Shown here: positions 28,667 through 39,232 of the stretch, one piece after another
Layout of the letters: each line of letters starts with the position of its first letter
Numbering within the stretch: position 1 is the first letter of the stretch
Sequence record: MT446416.1
DNA: 64,000 nucleotides
Strand: one strand, 5' to 3'
Translations under genes and position numbers: made by a program
The notes under the pieces: generated by a model
What the model was told of the DNA's origin: nothing
Databases searched by the model: none
What the model saw: the letters and a program-made list of their open reading frames with translations, nothing else

Positions 28667-29275
28667 TTATTGTAGTTGGACACGAACTGTGTATTTGATT
28701 TGCAAAACACGGTTAGCACTTTTCTCAACTGGGTGAAAAATAATATGGGTAAGTGGAATACCGCTATCACCATTTGTATATAAACCCAATTCGTCAAATA
28801 CATATGTCCCATCCATGCTAGTACCAGAGCTAACACCTTGGTCAGATGGCTCACCTAAACCTAATGTACAAATACAGACGATATCAGTGTAAGCTTGGCC
28901 TGGAATGTGAACAGTTGTAATGTTGTTATATTGTGAATCAATACCAGCAGAGATACGTGGGTTGATTTTTTTCAGATAAGTCTGAGAATATAGACCACCG
29001 AAAGAAGTAACGCGTGGTTTCTTGTATGTGATACGACCAGTACTCAAAACTACTGTTCCACCATTACCAAAACGCATCTCACTAATAGATCCAATAGGAA
29101 TACCAGTACTATCTTGATTATAAGCCAACGCATTAGCAATAGCAGTACTCATATTTTCAGGGTGAATTGCGTTTGATTTATCCAAAACGATTTTTTGGTT
29201 AGATGGATCAGTAACGTCAGTAATTAGTACATGACCCTTAACAAATAGTTTTGGTTGTTCTGTTTCTAATTTCAT
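28667..29275 (-). CDS. conserved baseplate/tail structural protein
   Basis: NAIHPENMSTAIA...FGNGGT...VFDELGLY...THIIFHPVEKSANR; late operon. Confidence 0.5.
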   Translation of the reverse strand: MKLETEQPKLFVKGHVLITDVTDPSNQKIVLDKSNAIHPENMSTAIANALAYNQDSTGIPIGSISEMRFGNGGTVVLSTGRITYKKPRVTSFGGLYSQTYLKKINPRISAGIDSQYNNITTVHIPGQAYTDIVCICTLGLGEPSDQGVSSGTSMDGTYVFDELGLYTNGDSGIPLTHIIFHPVEKSANRVLQIKYTVRVQLQ

Positions 29276-29284
29276 TTCTAATCC

Positions 29285-29782
29285 TTAGTAGTTAATTAAA
29301 ATTTGTTCTAACTTACCAGCTAAACTTTTTTGTACATCAGATGGATACTTGCTAATGTAATCACGGTCAATACCAACTTTCAGATAGGTAAAGTTTCCGG
29401 TTAAGGTTTCAGCGAATGTACCAGTTGTACCTTGTTCTCTAATAAGGTCACCACCATTTGGGTTAAGAATGACATTATCAGTAAATTCAAGATAGAAGTT
29501 GCAGCTTTCGGTAAATTTAATTGGGAACCAATCATCGTCCGATGGATTACTTGCCAGTGTAGCGAGTACGTAAATTCTACCAATGAAGTTACGTAGGGTA
29601 AAGGATATTGTATGTAATCCTGTAGTACTACCATAATAGCCGCCACTAGCTAATGATAATGTTTGTTCGTTCCAATGATAATCTAAGTTAGCAGGATACC
29701 AGCTATCTGATTCAGGAAATTCTTGCCATGAACCATCTTTAGTTTTTCTTTTGAAGAGGAAGTCTTTTGATCTTAATGCCAT
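29285..29782 (-). CDS. hypothetical protein (probably structural)
   Basis: 165-aa ORF, first gene after a minus-strand late promoter. Confidence 0.55.
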   Translation of the reverse strand: MALRSKDFLFKRKTKDGSWQEFPESDSWYPANLDYHWNEQTLSLASGGYYGSTTGLHTISFTLRNFIGRIYVLATLASNPSDDDWFPIKFTESCNFYLEFTDNVILNPNGGDLIREQGTTGTFAETLTGNFTYLKVGIDRDYISKYPSDVQKSLAGKLEQILINY

Positions 29783-29813
29783 TGTTAAGCCCTTTTAGTA
29801 GTGAACTTTCATT

Positions 29814-29855
29814 TATTTATTAATGGCAACGAAATGTATTTTGTACTGATAAATA
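29814..29855. promoter_or_regulatory. divergent pair of late promoters
   Basis: AATAAATA on - (29814-29821) and GATAAATA on + (29848-29855). Confidence 0.6.
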
Positions 29856-29891
29856 TTGGTATATGACATTAACTCATACAAGGGAAATATT

Positions 29892-31019
29892 ATGACAATT
29901 TCATTCAACAATGGGTCAGGTGGTTCATGTAATAATTCTGGCATCAAAAGTTTAGTTATTAACGCTGCTGGACATTTAATTGTAACCTATTCCGACAATA
30001 CAATCCAAGACCTAGGTCTAGTGGTTGGACAAAATGGTGCTAACGGTAGAAACTTTTATCCAAATGAGATAGGTTTTGAAGTTCCTAATGAACTCTTCCG
30101 TGTTGGTGAAGAACTAGGGTGGTGTTATCTTAGTCTTGCAAATGGCACTAGTACTTTATATTTTAAATCAAACGATGCACAAGAAGAAATTAGTACTTGG
30201 AACCGTGTAGAGTTTGGTAAAGGTGATACTGGCGAAACTGGTAAACCATTCCACATTGACAGTTCTGGTACGGTGTTTCCAACAACTGGTCTTTTCAATA
30301 ATTACACATTCTATAATACTGAAGATGGTAAATTATATTTCTATCAAAGCGTAACTGCAACATGGAGTGATGGTATTCCTTTCCGTGGTGAACAAGGTCT
30401 ACGTGGTCGTTTCCATATTGATAGTACTGGTAGTCAATTCCCAAGTATTGATAATCTACCACAAGATTATTGCTTCTATAACACTACTGATGGTAATTTG
30501 TATTATGTTGATATCGTAACTACATCATCAACCCCAACTAAAGAGTGGAGTGCTGGAATCTTATTCCGTGGTAAAGACGGTGAAGAAGGTAAGCAAGGTG
30601 AGCAAGGTGTTCAGGGTGAACCTGGTAAAGACACAGTTGTTATCATCAACACTATTGATCATTCATGGACTAACGCATTGTTAGTTATTGGTACATGCCC
30701 TGCTGGATACCTAGTAACTAATATCGAAGTTGACATTAATCAAGCATATGATGAACCAGTAAATGAAATGTTTGTACGTTTCGGTGGTGAAGCACAAGAA
30801 GATATTGGTGGTACTGTAATTGCACCTGTTGATTATTTCGATATCAACCGCAAAATGCGTTACATTGTTAACGAAACCAACCACGAAGTATCAAGTAAAG
30901 ATGAAATCATTTCTTGTGTATTCAATGATTCCGTAAACAACAGTTCATTTGGTGAAATGAAGATCGTTTGTACTTTATCATGGCAAGCACCTATTCAGCC
31001 TATTCAAGATAACATTTAA
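29892..31019 (+). CDS. collagen-motif tail fibre/adaptor protein
   Basis: G-X-Y runs (GKDGEEGKQGEQGVQGEPG) alternating with a duplicated FHIDSxG...FYNTxDGxLY...W unit; start moved to ATG 29892. Confidence 0.55.
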   Translation: MTISFNNGSGGSCNNSGIKSLVINAAGHLIVTYSDNTIQDLGLVVGQNGANGRNFYPNEIGFEVPNELFRVGEELGWCYLSLANGTSTLYFKSNDAQEEISTWNRVEFGKGDTGETGKPFHIDSSGTVFPTTGLFNNYTFYNTEDGKLYFYQSVTATWSDGIPFRGEQGLRGRFHIDSTGSQFPSIDNLPQDYCFYNTTDGNLYYVDIVTTSSTPTKEWSAGILFRGKDGEEGKQGEQGVQGEPGKDTVVIINTIDHSWTNALLVIGTCPAGYLVTNIEVDINQAYDEPVNEMFVRFGGEAQEDIGGTVIAPVDYFDINRKMRYIVNETNHEVSSKDEIISCVFNDSVNNSSFGEMKIVCTLSWQAPIQPIQDNI

Positions 31020-31033
31020 AAGAGGGTTGATAC

Positions 31034-33175
31034 ATGGCAGTTTTTTCCAATTTAGAAGGGACCATGATGCCAACATTCAAGTTGGGTAAACGTGGTGCTT
31101 CTATTAATTTTGTAAACGATTCTGTCGCAATCAAAGACTTTTTAGGTGAAACGTTCCTACCTGTTAAGGTGGGAACTCCTAATGACGATGATTCCGCAGT
31201 AAACGTTATGTATCTTGAAGATAACCCAAATGCTTTATTTGGCGTACTTCCACCAACAAATGACATTGGTAAAAATAACAACACTTATTTTCAAGTTGAT
31301 TCTGAGGGTATTGTTGATATCTTTGCAAAAACAAATGATGTTTGGGTAAAATCATTATACATTAATAAAAATGTCCTTTCCAGTGTTAACGGTGCTGATT
31401 ATATCGGACTTATTACTGGAGGAACACTCCAACAGGCACAGTTTTACATAACTCCAGAAGAGTTTGGTGCAAAAGGTGATGGCATCACTGATGACACGGC
31501 AGCGGTTAACGCATGTGCAGTTTATGCAAAAGAACACCAAATCCAAATTCAAGCTGGTGGTAATTATCGTATCAGAACTGCTGTTTATTTGAATGATATT
31601 CAATGGTTTGGTGGAACAATCACTGGCAACGGTGGCACAATGGTATCAGTACTGAATAGTACAATCCAACAAGCAACATTAACAGGATGTTATTTAAAAT
31701 TCTTTGGTGGTGATGGTAAATTTTATTTTAATAAATTTATTAATATTACAAGTACTGCTACATTTCTAATGCAAGGTATGACTGAATCAGGTACTATCGA
31801 CTTTTGCTTTAATGAAATGACACAATGTAAGTACGGTGTTCTTCAGCAAGGCACTGGTGAGAAAATGACAGTTGGGCGTTATTCATACAACCACATCCAT
31901 GATATATATGGTGATGCAATTGAATTGAACGTAGTCAACTCACATTACCCAGACGGTTTTGTAATAGAAGGTAACTTGATTGAAAACGTAGATGGTACAG
32001 ATGCACCAATTCCTCTTTCAAACTGGGGTATTGGTATCGGCGTTGCTGGTTCTGGTCCTTATGATGTGAATGCTGATGATTCACAATATGTAAAAAAATT
32101 CGTTATAAAAAATAACCGCTTGTACAATGTCCGTCAATGTATTCACGTTGAGTTGGGTAAAGACTTTAAAATTCTCAATAATGAAGTTTATCCATCAACG
32201 TTGGTATCAATTGGTACTGGTTTGACAACCGCTGGTGTAATTACTTATGGTTCTGTTGATTTTATTATTGATGGCCTATCTGGGCATCTATTAAATGATC
32301 CATCAGTAACTAACCGTATGGTTTCTATTAACTGGGGTGTAACATCTGGTAAATTTGCTGGTCCTCCACGTAACTTTAAATTATGTAATCTCCACATTCC
32401 TGAGTCGTCTATTATTGTGTATACTTCAGGCTCTGATAATTGGCTAAATACTACTGAACTTTCTAATATTACATGTAGTAGAATTCAATGGCGTGGATTG
32501 CCGTCATCTTCCAAGTTTAATAATATCAGTACTAAAGAACTTGATGTTATTGGACAACACCTTGCAACTGAAGGTGAAGGAGGGGGCTTATATACTCGCT
32601 CTAAATATACATATACCAACTGGACTAATTGTGTTGTTCAAGATGATTGTAACATATCAAAATATAGTTTCTCAAGAATGTATGTTGACCGTATTGACCA
32701 ATCATCTAATAACTTTAAAGTAACCACTGCAATTGATGGAACTGGACATCGTGGACCTGTAGTAATACCTGTAGTTGAACAGTATTACGTGCCTTATGAT
32801 GTTTTTCCTGGTGGGAGATATTTCCCAGAAGGAACAATTATCCATAAACAATCAGGTGGAAAATTTATTGTTACAGTAGGTGGTTCTTTCTTTGGTCGAT
32901 ATGACACAATTAGACAAACAGTTGCAGGACAAACTTATATCGAAGCATTGGGTGTATCATGGGGTGATAATCAATATGCTAAAGCTGCTGGAACCGAAAT
33001 CCTAATCACAGGAGCAGGGGAAAACGGCGAAGATTTAAAAACATATATCACTAGAGCAGTTTATGTTGTTAATAATGCGTATCGTATCGATATTGCCGAT
33101 CCGATTGTTACTGCTACCGCAGCAGGGGCATTATTGAAAGCTGCTCAACCAATAACATATATCACCCTATCTTAA
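31034..33175 (+). CDS. tailspike, WcaM-like colanic-acid-degrading beta-helix protein
   Basis: PEEFGAKGDGITDDTAA (pectate-lyase-3 start); GDAIELNV...NWGIGIGVAG...RQCIHVELGKDF closely parallels enterobacterial WcaM. Confidence 0.8.
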   Translation: MAVFSNLEGTMMPTFKLGKRGASINFVNDSVAIKDFLGETFLPVKVGTPNDDDSAVNVMYLEDNPNALFGVLPPTNDIGKNNNTYFQVDSEGIVDIFAKTNDVWVKSLYINKNVLSSVNGADYIGLITGGTLQQAQFYITPEEFGAKGDGITDDTAAVNACAVYAKEHQIQIQAGGNYRIRTAVYLNDIQWFGGTITGNGGTMVSVLNSTIQQATLTGCYLKFFGGDGKFYFNKFINITSTATFLMQGMTESGTIDFCFNEMTQCKYGVLQQGTGEKMTVGRYSYNHIHDIYGDAIELNVVNSHYPDGFVIEGNLIENVDGTDAPIPLSNWGIGIGVAGSGPYDVNADDSQYVKKFVIKNNRLYNVRQCIHVELGKDFKILNNEVYPSTLVSIGTGLTTAGVITYGSVDFIIDGLSGHLLNDPSVTNRMVSINWGVTSGKFAGPPRNFKLCNLHIPESSIIVYTSGSDNWLNTTELSNITCSRIQWRGLPSSSKFNNISTKELDVIGQHLATEGEGGGLYTRSKYTYTNWTNCVVQDDCNISKYSFSRMYVDRIDQSSNNFKVTTAIDGTGHRGPVVIPVVEQYYVPYDVFPGGRYFPEGTIIHKQSGGKFIVTVGGSFFGRYDTIRQTVAGQTYIEALGVSWGDNQYAKAAGTEILITGAGENGEDLKTYITRAVYVVNNAYRIDIADPIVTATAAGALLKAAQPITYITLS

Positions 33176-33189
33176 AGGAGATTATAAAA

Positions 33190-34089
33190 ATGGCAGTTTT
33201 TTCTAATTTAGAAGGAACCATGAAGAAGACCTTCATACTTGGTAAAAATGGTGCACAAATTGCCACTAATGGTAATGTTGTTCAAATCCAGAACTACACG
33301 GGTACACAACTTCTTCCTGTTTCAGCAGGTGACCCAACCGCAAATACACACTTGGTTACATTGGGTTATTTGAATACACATAGCGGTGGTGGTGGCGGTT
33401 CCGGTATTTTACGTGGAACTATTGCACCATCTGAATCAATTGGTGTAGATGGTGACGCTTACTTCTTAGTTGACAGTACTAATATTATTCAGATCTATAT
33501 TAAAGACCTTGGTGTTTGGAAACCTCTCCAAAGCACAACTCCAGGTACTGATAGTTCTTACGTTACTACTGAAATCGTTCCTGTATCGGCATTTACATTA
33601 GTTCCTGGAACAACAGATCAATATACTTATTCTTTACCTGAATCAGTACATGGTCGTGGTCCAGATATTATGGTTCAGCTACAGGGTGACCCTGGTAACA
33701 TCCCACTTGACACTGTATTCCAAACTAACGTCACTGTGAGTGGTATTGGTGACATTACGATTGATGTTATTGGTCAAATCACTGATTATACAAGTGTCAA
33801 AGTCAACATCATAGGAGCAACAACAATGACAGTACCTTATAGTAAATTAATTAACCAAGCGGATTGGGTAGTATCTAGTGATGAATACACCATTACTATC
33901 CCAGCGTCTGAACATAACCAAACACCTGATAATTTGTATATTTCAATTTATTCAAATAAAACTCCAGGTAGCACAGCAGCATCACCATTTGAACTGGTAA
34001 TAACCGAAACTCAAATTGATGCAAGTGGTAATGTTACATTCACTTCTGACGAAGCGTTTAGTGGTAAAATAGTAATTTCTGGTAAATAA
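33190..34089 (+). CDS. tail fibre/adaptor sharing an N-terminal module with the tailspike
   Basis: Identical start MAVFSNLEGTM and ~100 aa of similarity; two C-terminal YTxxxPxSxH repeats. Confidence 0.55.
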   Translation: MAVFSNLEGTMKKTFILGKNGAQIATNGNVVQIQNYTGTQLLPVSAGDPTANTHLVTLGYLNTHSGGGGGSGILRGTIAPSESIGVDGDAYFLVDSTNIIQIYIKDLGVWKPLQSTTPGTDSSYVTTEIVPVSAFTLVPGTTDQYTYSLPESVHGRGPDIMVQLQGDPGNIPLDTVFQTNVTVSGIGDITIDVIGQITDYTSVKVNIIGATTMTVPYSKLINQADWVVSSDEYTITIPASEHNQTPDNLYISIYSNKTPGSTAASPFELVITETQIDASGNVTFTSDEAFSGKIVISGK

Positions 34090-34098
34090 AAAAAATAG

Positions 34099-34131
34099 TC
34101 CAGACTACGATTCATCGAGTCTGGATTTTTT
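34099..34131 (+). terminator. intrinsic terminator
   Basis: TCCAGACT-A-CGAT-TC-ATCG-AGTCTGGA followed by a T tract. Confidence 0.75.
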
Positions 34132-34141
34132 ATATCAATAA

Positions 34142-34148
34142 CTAAATA
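34142..34148 (+). promoter_or_regulatory. late promoter CTAAATA
   Basis: After the terminator, upstream of the long fibre. Confidence 0.55.
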
Positions 34149-34207
34149 TATGTATATTAACAAGGTCAAATGTATTTTATGCTTTTTGCCTATTTGGAGG
34201 GAACTAA

Positions 34208-37200
34208 ATGTACTCGATTAAAACAGATCTCGATATAACTGGTGGTGCAACGGTTGGTAAAGATCTTCTTGTGAAAGGCGATGCAGTATTCAATAAAAAT
34301 CTAACAGTTAATGGAACCGTAACTTTTGCTGACGCTGTATTCACTGCGATTGAAGCAGGAACTGTAGACATTTCATCTACACTAGATGTTGCTGGTAAAG
34401 CATCATTGAATGGTGGGATTGAAGTTCATGGTAATTCCGTAATTGGTAATTTACCAGTTGGCTCTGATACTGCAACGATTAATTCTAATGCACAATTCCA
34501 AAGCCCAGTATCAATGGCAGGTAACCTAACACAAACGGCTGGCACTGCTGTACTAAAAGATACCCAAGTGGCATCAATGGATGTTCTTGGAACTTCTTCA
34601 TTTAAAGGTAATATTACTGCTGAAACTGGCACTACCGCAGCATTTGACAAAATAACTGCAACTGATGCAACATTCACAAACACTGCAACTACTGATATCA
34701 CATCAACTGGAACTGCAAACTTTAAAGATGTGAATATTTCCGGTACACTAGGTGGAACATTTAGTCTATCTGATGTTAATGCAACAACTCTAACTGTTTC
34801 TGGTTTAACCAGTCTACAAGGTGGTGTTACATTAGGTTCCAACATTACTGGTGTGAATAGTAGTGCAAACTTCCGTGATATTAAAATTGGTTCCAATGCT
34901 GCAAACACTAACTACCGTTTGAGCTTTAACTATTCTGCTCCAAGTCTTCGTCCAACTGTAATTCTACAGAACGAAATCCAATCAGAATTGATGTCTCCAG
35001 CTACCCTAAGTGTATTGAAAACTGCATCTTTTGGTGATTCGTCATTATCCACTTTTGGTATTACTGGTAATGGTCTAAACAAACTAGATTACCTAACAGT
35101 ATCTGGTAACTCTGTTCAAGATCCAACAACTCCACTATTACAAGTAACTTCAGGTAAAACTAAAGTTCATGATTTCGAAGTAACAGGAACTGCAACTATT
35201 CCTAACATTGAAAGTACTGGAACTGCTAATTTTAATAACATCAACGTATCTGGTACACTCGGCGGTACTTTCAGTCTTGATGATATTGAAGCAAACACTC
35301 TAACTGTTTCTGGATTAACTAGCCTTGTTGGTGGTGTAACTTTGGGTGCTGATATTTCCGGTGCTAATAGTACTGCTAATTTTAAAGCAGTAAGTTTAGG
35401 ACAAAACGCAGCCGATGCTAACGTTAAGTATGGTTTTGCTTATTCTGCCCCTGGTGCACGTCCAACTGTAATTCTACAAAATGAAATTCAGTCTGAACTA
35501 GTATCTCCAGCAGTACTAAATGTACAAAAAACTGCTACCTTCGGTGATGCATCTCTTGCAACCTATGGTATCACAGGTAACGGTCTAAACAAACTAGATT
35601 ATCTATCTATTACTGGTAATGGTACACAAAGTCCAGCAACGCCACAACTACAAGTAGCTGGTAAATCAGTACTAAATGATGTTGAATTCACTGGTACTGT
35701 AACTGGCCTAACAGTTGATGTAAGTGGTCAAGACCTAACTCCTAAATCTGTTGTTGCTGCTGAAGCAATCAAAGGACAAACCCTTGAATCTGTTGGTCAA
35801 ACCACCGTAGGAACTAACCTACAAGTTGGTGGAACAGCTAATGTTGTTGGTGCACTAACTGGTACTGCTGCAACCTTTACTGGTGACGTAAGTGCTGCTA
35901 AAGGTACTTTCAGTGGTGATGTTAGCGTTACTGGGCAAACTGTAACTGTACGTGATTTAGTAGTAACTGGCACAACTACTGGTGTAACTGCCCAAGCTGA
36001 CGTTGATGGTCTTGATATCGCCCCAAATAAAGTTGATGTTACAACAACACTATCTGTTGCTGGGGACACTACTTTAGCTGGTCTAACTGCTAGTTCAGTA
36101 ACAAGTACTGGTGATGTTACTGGTGCGTCTGTATCTGGTAATACAGTAACTGCGGCTGGTGCACTATCTGGTGGTTCTCTTGCAGTAACTGGTGCTGGTT
36201 CTATGGCTTCACTAACTGTTCCAAGTATTACTGGGGACACTACTTTTGCTAATAACGTAACTATTACTGGAACACTAACTCCGAGTAGTATAGATTTAAG
36301 CACTACTGATGTAAGTGCTGCTTCTTTAACAACTACTGGTAACGTAACTGTTGGTGGTTCTCTTGCAGTAACTGGTGCTATTGATTTGTCTGCTGCTGAT
36401 GTAGTAACAAAATCAGTTAGTGCAACTAACCCAAGTACATTTGGTGTAATTAATGCATCTTCTGTTGCCGCAACTGGTGACGTTTCAGGTGGCACTCTAA
36501 CTACTACTGGTGCAGCGAAAGTAGGAACACTAACTAGTACTGGTGTAGTATCTGGTTCGCGTTTGTCTTCTGGTACTGCAACAATCTCAACTTCTGTAAC
36601 AGTTCCAACTTTACAAGCTGAAGCTGCTGGTGCTGGTACACTAAATCTAGCAAGTAATGTTGTCGCGGCAAAAGATCTAACTGTCACTGGTGTATTCAAA
36701 CCTGAAGGTGGTCTTGACCTAACAACTGTTGATATTACTGCAAACTCACTAACTACTACTGCTGATGTTAATGTTGGTGGAAACTTAGTAGTTGATGGTA
36801 CTTTTGACCTAAGTGCTGCTGATGTATCAGTTAAATCTCTTGTAAGTGCAGAGGCAATTACTAGTGGTGGTGTGATTACCGTTACCGATTCAACCAATAC
36901 TAGTTCGTTCCCTAAAATTACTTCAACTGATGCAACACTCTTTACAGTAAATGCAGGTACTATTAATGCAACTGGCAACAGTGTACTACAAAGTGTATCA
37001 GCTACTCAAGTAACTGCTACTAGTGCTGAATTTTCTGGTAGTGGCCTTGGTCTTCAAGTTGATAATGATGCAAACGTTGGTGGTGCATTATCTGTTGGTG
37101 GCATTGCAACTGTTGGTTCTTTAACAACAACTGCTGCTTCTCTTAATATTGCAAAAAATACTGCAATCAATGGTGATTTAGCTGTATCTGGTACACTAAC

Positions 37201-39166
37201 TGCTGGTTCAATCGACCTAAGCAATACTGATGTAACCGTTAAATCTCTTGATTCACTAGGTAACGCACACATTGCTGGTAACCTAACTGTTGATGGTGCA
37301 TTCGACTTAAGTGCAACTAACCTTGTAGCTGCAAGTCTAGCAAGTACTGGTTCTACTACTGTTGGAACTGATCTAGTACTAACAACTGGTGTTGTGACTG
37401 GTAGCCCAGCTATCTCTGGTAATACAACAATCGGTGGAACTCTTGGTGTAACTGGTGCTGTTAACCTAACTGATATTGTTAATATCGGTAAGAAAGTAAC
37501 AGTGAGTACTGGTGGTATTCAGGTAGTTGATGGTGGTATCAATACTAACACAATTAACGTTTCTGGTGCTACTACTCTAGCAGGAACTTCCATTACTGGA
37601 ACTTTAGGTGTAACTGGTGCTTCTACTCTAGCAGGTGTATCTGCAACATCACTAACAGTTTCTGGTGACAGTACTGTTCAGAAACTAACTGTCCAAGGTG
37701 AATTGATCCCACAAGGTGGTCTTGACCTAAGCGGTGCAGACATTACTGCTAATAGTCTAACTACTGCAACAACTATCAATGCAACTGGCCTAAGTACTCT
37801 AAGTGGTGGTGTTAGTACTTCTACTGTGACTGCATCTGGTCTAGCAACTGTTGGAAGTTTAACTTCTACTGCAAACGCATCAGTTGGTGGTAATTTGGGT
37901 GTAACTGGAACTCTAGGTGTTACTGGTGCAACTACTGTATCTTCACTAACAGCTACTGGTGCAGTGAAAACTGGTACAACCCTAACTGTTGGTACTCCAG
38001 TTGGTGAACAACCTGAAACTGTACAGATCATTCCAGATACTTATATTGCTGGTAAATTGCGTGTAATCGGCGGTATTAACGCTGATATTGATGTTAGTGG
38101 TCAAACACTAGAACCATATGCAATTGAAGCTGCTGCAACACTATCTGCTGTTGGTAACATTACTTCTGGTGCAACCATCGTTTCTAAAGCTGCAACAATT
38201 GGTGATGTTGGTTCACAAAACAACAACCTAACTGTTAATGGTAACGTAGTAACTAATGGTGACTTCACAGTTACTGGGGTACTAAATGCACAATTGAACC
38301 AAGCAGATTCCGATGTAGCTGTTAAATCTTTAACTGCAACTAATAACGTTGCGGCTGGTACTTCAATCACTGCTGGTACTTCCATCACTGCAACTGGATT
38401 ACTTAAAGGTAATACTTTAGAAGTTACTACTACTGGTTCATTTGGTGGTGCAGTAACTATGTCAAGTGGTGCAAACATCACTGGTACAGTGGGTATTACT
38501 GCTGGTGACCTAACAGTAGGTGGTAATATCTCTGCAACTGGCACTGCTGGATTCGGTGCAACAACCGTTTCTACAATTACAACATCAGGTTTGGCTACAC
38601 TTGCAAGTACATCCGTTACTGGTAACGCAACAGTAGGTGGAACACTAGCAGTAACAGGAGCACTAACTGCGAATGGTAACGTAACATTAGGTGACGCAGC
38701 GGCTGACGTTCTAACCGTTAATGCAACTTCATCATTTAAAGAAAATGCTGTGTTTGATAAGGCAGTAACAGTAACTGGTGAACTAACCACTACTAATGCT
38801 AACTTAACTACTACAACAGTAACTACCAAAAAGTATGATGTAATCCCAACTCAAGTTACATCATCAGTAATTGCTCCAACCGGAACATGGACTCCAGATG
38901 GTACAAGTAACGTGTACTTCATCACTCTAGACCAAGATACCACGTTGGCTCCAATTACTGGCCTAATTGGTGGCGGTAAAGCTGCATCAGTATACATCTA
39001 TGTTAAACAAGATACAACTGGTAACAGAAACTTTACAACTGATGGTACTTATGCTGTTGTTGATGGTGAACTAAACAAAACTGCTGGTAGCGTGACCATT
39101 TACCAAGTAATTTATGATGGTGTAAGTCCAGTTACTGATTTGTTCATTGCACAACGTACTGCTTAA
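34208..39166 (+). CDS. long repetitive fibre protein (1652 aa, T/G/V/A/S-rich beta-repeat)
   Basis: LxVxG / DLSxxDVxxxSL repeats throughout; SD GGAGG; followed by a chaperone-like gene. Confidence 0.7.
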   Translation: MYSIKTDLDITGGATVGKDLLVKGDAVFNKNLTVNGTVTFADAVFTAIEAGTVDISSTLDVAGKASLNGGIEVHGNSVIGNLPVGSDTATINSNAQFQSPVSMAGNLTQTAGTAVLKDTQVASMDVLGTSSFKGNITAETGTTAAFDKITATDATFTNTATTDITSTGTANFKDVNISGTLGGTFSLSDVNATTLTVSGLTSLQGGVTLGSNITGVNSSANFRDIKIGSNAANTNYRLSFNYSAPSLRPTVILQNEIQSELMSPATLSVLKTASFGDSSLSTFGITGNGLNKLDYLTVSGNSVQDPTTPLLQVTSGKTKVHDFEVTGTATIPNIESTGTANFNNINVSGTLGGTFSLDDIEANTLTVSGLTSLVGGVTLGADISGANSTANFKAVSLGQNAADANVKYGFAYSAPGARPTVILQNEIQSELVSPAVLNVQKTATFGDASLATYGITGNGLNKLDYLSITGNGTQSPATPQLQVAGKSVLNDVEFTGTVTGLTVDVSGQDLTPKSVVAAEAIKGQTLESVGQTTVGTNLQVGGTANVVGALTGTAATFTGDVSAAKGTFSGDVSVTGQTVTVRDLVVTGTTTGVTAQADVDGLDIAPNKVDVTTTLSVAGDTTLAGLTASSVTSTGDVTGASVSGNTVTAAGALSGGSLAVTGAGSMASLTVPSITGDTTFANNVTITGTLTPSSIDLSTTDVSAASLTTTGNVTVGGSLAVTGAIDLSAADVVTKSVSATNPSTFGVINASSVAATGDVSGGTLTTTGAAKVGTLTSTGVVSGSRLSSGTATISTSVTVPTLQAEAAGAGTLNLASNVVAAKDLTVTGVFKPEGGLDLTTVDITANSLTTTADVNVGGNLVVDGTFDLSAADVSVKSLVSAEAITSGGVITVTDSTNTSSFPKITSTDATLFTVNAGTINATGNSVLQSVSATQVTATSAEFSGSGLGLQVDNDANVGGALSVGGIATVGSLTTTAASLNIAKNTAINGDLAVSGTLTAGSIDLSNTDVTVKSLDSLGNAHIAGNLTVDGAFDLSATNLVAASLASTGSTTVGTDLVLTTGVVTGSPAISGNTTIGGTLGVTGAVNLTDIVNIGKKVTVSTGGIQVVDGGINTNTINVSGATTLAGTSITGTLGVTGASTLAGVSATSLTVSGDSTVQKLTVQGELIPQGGLDLSGADITANSLTTATTINATGLSTLSGGVSTSTVTASGLATVGSLTSTANASVGGNLGVTGTLGVTGATTVSSLTATGAVKTGTTLTVGTPVGEQPETVQIIPDTYIAGKLRVIGGINADIDVSGQTLEPYAIEAAATLSAVGNITSGATIVSKAATIGDVGSQNNNLTVNGNVVTNGDFTVTGVLNAQLNQADSDVAVKSLTATNNVAAGTSITAGTSITATGLLKGNTLEVTTTGSFGGAVTMSSGANITGTVGITAGDLTVGGNISATGTAGFGATTVSTITTSGLATLASTSVTGNATVGGTLAVTGALTANGNVTLGDAAADVLTVNATSSFKENAVFDKAVTVTGELTTTNANLTTTTVTTKKYDVIPTQVTSSVIAPTGTWTPDGTSNVYFITLDQDTTLAPITGLIGGGKAASVYIYVKQDTTGNRNFTTDGTYAVVDGELNKTAGSVTIYQVIYDGVSPVTDLFIAQRTA
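34703..35720 (+). repeat. tandem ~170-aa (510-nt) duplication inside the long fibre
   Basis: STGTANF...SGTLGGTFSL...RPTVILQNEIQSEL...GITGNGLNKLDYL occurs twice, starting at 34703 and 35213. Confidence 0.85.
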
Positions 39167-39232
39167 TAATTATAATAAAAAAAACGGTGTCATCAATTAT
39201 GGTGACACCATCTTAACAAGTGAGGTAGTTAT

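Noticed and set aside
34426-38829. Long minus-strand ORFs (up to 393 aa) opposite the fibre gene
   Set aside because: Antisense shadows caused by Thr/Val/Gly/Ala codon bias; no SD or plausible composition
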